From assembly GCA_040220235.1 (NCBI GenBank), contig JAVJTO010000126.1: a DNA stretch of 40,015 nucleotides; one strand, 5' to 3'. Origin of the DNA: Coleofasciculus sp. B1-GNL1-01. Its GTDB lineage: Bacteria > Cyanobacteriota > Cyanobacteriia > Cyanobacteriales > Coleofasciculaceae. The notes beneath the pieces are model-generated. The model saw nothing but the letters and a program-made list of their open reading frames with translations, had not been told where the DNA came from and made no database searches. Position numbers and translations under genes: made by a program. Position 1 is the stretch's first letter. Every line of letters begins with the position of its first letter. This document shows, piece after piece, positions 38,116-40,015 of this stretch.

Positions 38116-38370
38116 GGGTTTTGGGTTTCGACGTTGGCGGCTGGAACTTGATCAGTGTTGCCATCGTCTTGTCGGACTAACGGTTCAGTCTTGATCAAGA
38201 CATTAAAGACAAAATTATTTTATAGTCTTCGCCGCCTGTCCGTCAGGATAACCCTGAAATCGTCTGCAATGGGGAGATTTGAAGAATCATCAATAATCTG
38301 CCCTTCAGGGGTTATCCCAGGTAACGTCTGCTGTTAAAATTTCTGTTTCATAACCCGTCGTCTACCGCCA

Positions 38371-38814
38371 ATGCTCCAGTCAATTGCCCGAAAACAAATT
38401 GCGCCACTCGGTTTATGGGTGTTGTTCGGTTGTACCAGTATCAGTTGGCTGATCACCGCCGCGATCGCTCCTGAGATGGCTAAAGCTTACACGGCACGAG
38501 TTGAAGTCTCTCTGATCAGTCAGCCTGATGAAAGTTACGCTAATTTTCTCCGCCGCGCCGAAGCCGTTGCTAGAGCCGCCGCCCAACGCAGTTTCGATGG
38601 TGATATTTTGGTCACTGATGTCGCCGTGACCATTATTGGACAACATAATAACGCGATCGCTCCGATTTTGTTGCTAGACGTGAGTCGTCAAAACTGGAAA
38701 CGGCGTCCTATTGTTTCGTTTTGGGCAACTTATTTTCCGGGGACTCAATCCCTGCTAGACTTTAGCCAGCCATCAGAGTCTAACCAACCCCCTGAATCTG
38801 AGCCGAATCAGTAA
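38371..38814 (+). CDS. Conserved hypothetical exported cyanobacterial protein
   Basis: Signal-like N-terminus ending AKA-YT; ESYANFLRRAEAVARAAAQRSFD...WATYF. Confidence 0.8.
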   Translation: MLQSIARKQIAPLGLWVLFGCTSISWLITAAIAPEMAKAYTARVEVSLISQPDESYANFLRRAEAVARAAAQRSFDGDILVTDVAVTIIGQHNNAIAPILLLDVSRQNWKRRPIVSFWATYFPGTQSLLDFSQPSESNQPPESEPNQ

Positions 38815-38983
38815 GTAGTCGGACAAAAGAAAACGGTACTGTATTAAGTGCAAGTAAATTGCCCTAAAACCCTTACTGTTCCCTGTTCCCTGTGACACAC
38901 CGAGCGTGTTACCGAGCGGAGTCGAGGTAAGTCGAGGAGTTCCCTAATCTCAACCGTTAACTTTAATTGTGTCCACCCACTTA
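38812..38983. mobile_element. AGTAGTCGGAC-family MITE
   Basis: TA-AGTAGTCGGACAAAA...TTGTGTCCACCCACT-TA; the left end is repeated at 29456-29486. Confidence 0.7.
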
Positions 38984-39243
38984 AATAGAGAGAGGGCTTG
39001 TGCATAATATTTGAGGTAGCGTGCTGGTTCCTCAAATTGCCCAAGCCCTAAACCATTCAGGTTCTGATTTGTCCCTACATCAAATTGTGTCCTCTGAGGA
39101 TGGGTTCCCGCCTCAGCAAAACTTCTTAATCTTTTACGCCAATTGGCTGATAAGTCGGGCTAGCTGCATGAATGTATAAAGCATACCAGATAAAGCTTTC
39201 AAGCATTTTTTGGCTAAACAAGTCCAAGGTTTTAGATCCTAGA

Positions 39244-39346
39244 TAAGCTGTTCGGCATTTAAACCATAATGTCAAGAATTGCGAAATCCTTGTAGTGCGA
39301 GCATCTTGCTCGCTACTAATACCCAATTTAAATGCATGACAGCTTA
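39244..39346. mobile_element. AGCTGT-family MITE, simplest (about 100 bp) form
   Basis: TA-AGCTGTTCGGCATTTAAA...GTAGTGCGAGCATCTTGCTCGCTAC...TTTAAATGCATGACAGCT-TA. Confidence 0.85.
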
Positions 39347-39470
39347 CTCTACATCTTGGCATTATGTGCCTCAGTGGTCGCAGAATCTTCCTGACACAGG
39401 GATTGAAACTGTTGCCTATTGCCTATTGCCTGTTCCCTTCCCTAAACCAGCAACACGTATTCAGCAAGCC

Positions 39471-39632
39471 CTAATTCGACTGGTTTTGTTGTTGTTGACG
39501 CTCTTTAACAGCCTGAGTTAACAAGTAGGTCGCTAGGCTACTCAGTGACCTACTTTCTTCCTCTGCCCACTGTTCCAAGGCTCTCTGGATTTCTTCCGGT
39601 AGATAAGCAGTGACCCGCCCTTTGAGTTTCAT
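39471..39632 (-). CDS. Ribbon-helix-helix (CopG-like) DNA-binding protein, 53 aa; missing from ORF track
   Basis: Hand translation: MKLKGRVTAYLPEEIQRALEQWAEEESRSLSSLATYLLTQAVKERQQQQNQSN*, with the typical cyanobacterial RHH pattern. Confidence 0.8.
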   Translation of the reverse strand: MKLKGRVTAYLPEEIQRALEQWAEEESRSLSSLATYLLTQAVKERQQQQNQSN

Positions 39633-40015
39633 CAGCCCTAAATTTTAATGCTTCAACATATTCCAGTATATAGTTTTTCACTGTTTATTGCTCAATCTAA
39701 ATTCGTTATACATTAAAATAACACACTTTACACTAACAAGCCAGGTTGGTCAGCGTTTGGGCTTTGTACCCACCCTCCGGAGAGCGTTTCCCTCTCCCGT
39801 GCAAAAAAAGCGAAGCATCCCCTGGCTTCCCCCATGGAACAAAACGCGAAGCATCCTTTGGTCTCCCCCTTTTTAAGCAGGGCTAATTCATTGTGATGAG
39901 AGAAAATTAGGGCAACCAGGACTATTCATACCAAATCCGATTGCGAGAACCACCTTATAAATTAGAACAGCAAAATGCCATCAACAATGTTACATAAGGC
40001 TTTTACCGTTTTCAA

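Noticed and set aside
448..38646. Numerous 60-140 aa ORFs overlapping long genes
   Set aside because: They are antisense or alternate-frame shadows of well-supported CDSs with no recognisable motifs.
39021..39243. Short ORF candidates between the last MITEs
   Set aside because: No recognisable motifs, RBS or family resemblance on either strand.

Overview
Cyanobacterial chromosomal DNA: the HIP1 octamer GCGATCGC occurs more than 30 times, and there is a group-1 sigA and an hli gene with an RpaB box. The very dense MITE/REP/heptamer repeats suggest a large-genome filamentous (Coleofasciculus/Oscillatoriales-like) strain, which is an inference. Most genes are housekeeping or signalling: a VIT-vWA protein, GPH/MFS sugar transporter, DUF4330, alpha/beta hydrolase, polysaccharide deacetylase, sigA, hli, a GH15/phosphorylase-kinase-like protein, a PstS-like binding protein, fghA, a PatN-like protein, ftsH, DUF1800, GT4, a CBS-PAS histidine kinase, NupC, SUI1/YciH and a pseudo-caspase. 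Highlights: (1) an intact non-autonomous IscB/omegaRNA (HEARO) element at 6762-8425, inserted inside the last codon of the DUF4330 gene. Its 5' end (G-TAA) replaces the host's A-TGA (the TAM), so the host protein is unchanged and the host gene's 3' end becomes the guide. (2) A membrane protein with a Zn ribbon, 4 TM helices and a Spo11/TopoVI-A-like TOPRIM domain. (3) An intergenic REP palindrome translated in frame inside a CBS domain of the histidine kinase. (4) A decayed ATPase plus TOPRIM-like defence-type gene pair that can be reconstructed by removing nested MITEs. (5) Several TA-targeting MITE families that sit on stop codons, nest in each other and carry different palindromic cargo. 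Two small genes missing from the ORF track (hli, 50 aa; RHH, 53 aa) were read by hand. No CRISPR array, tRNA or rRNA was seen.
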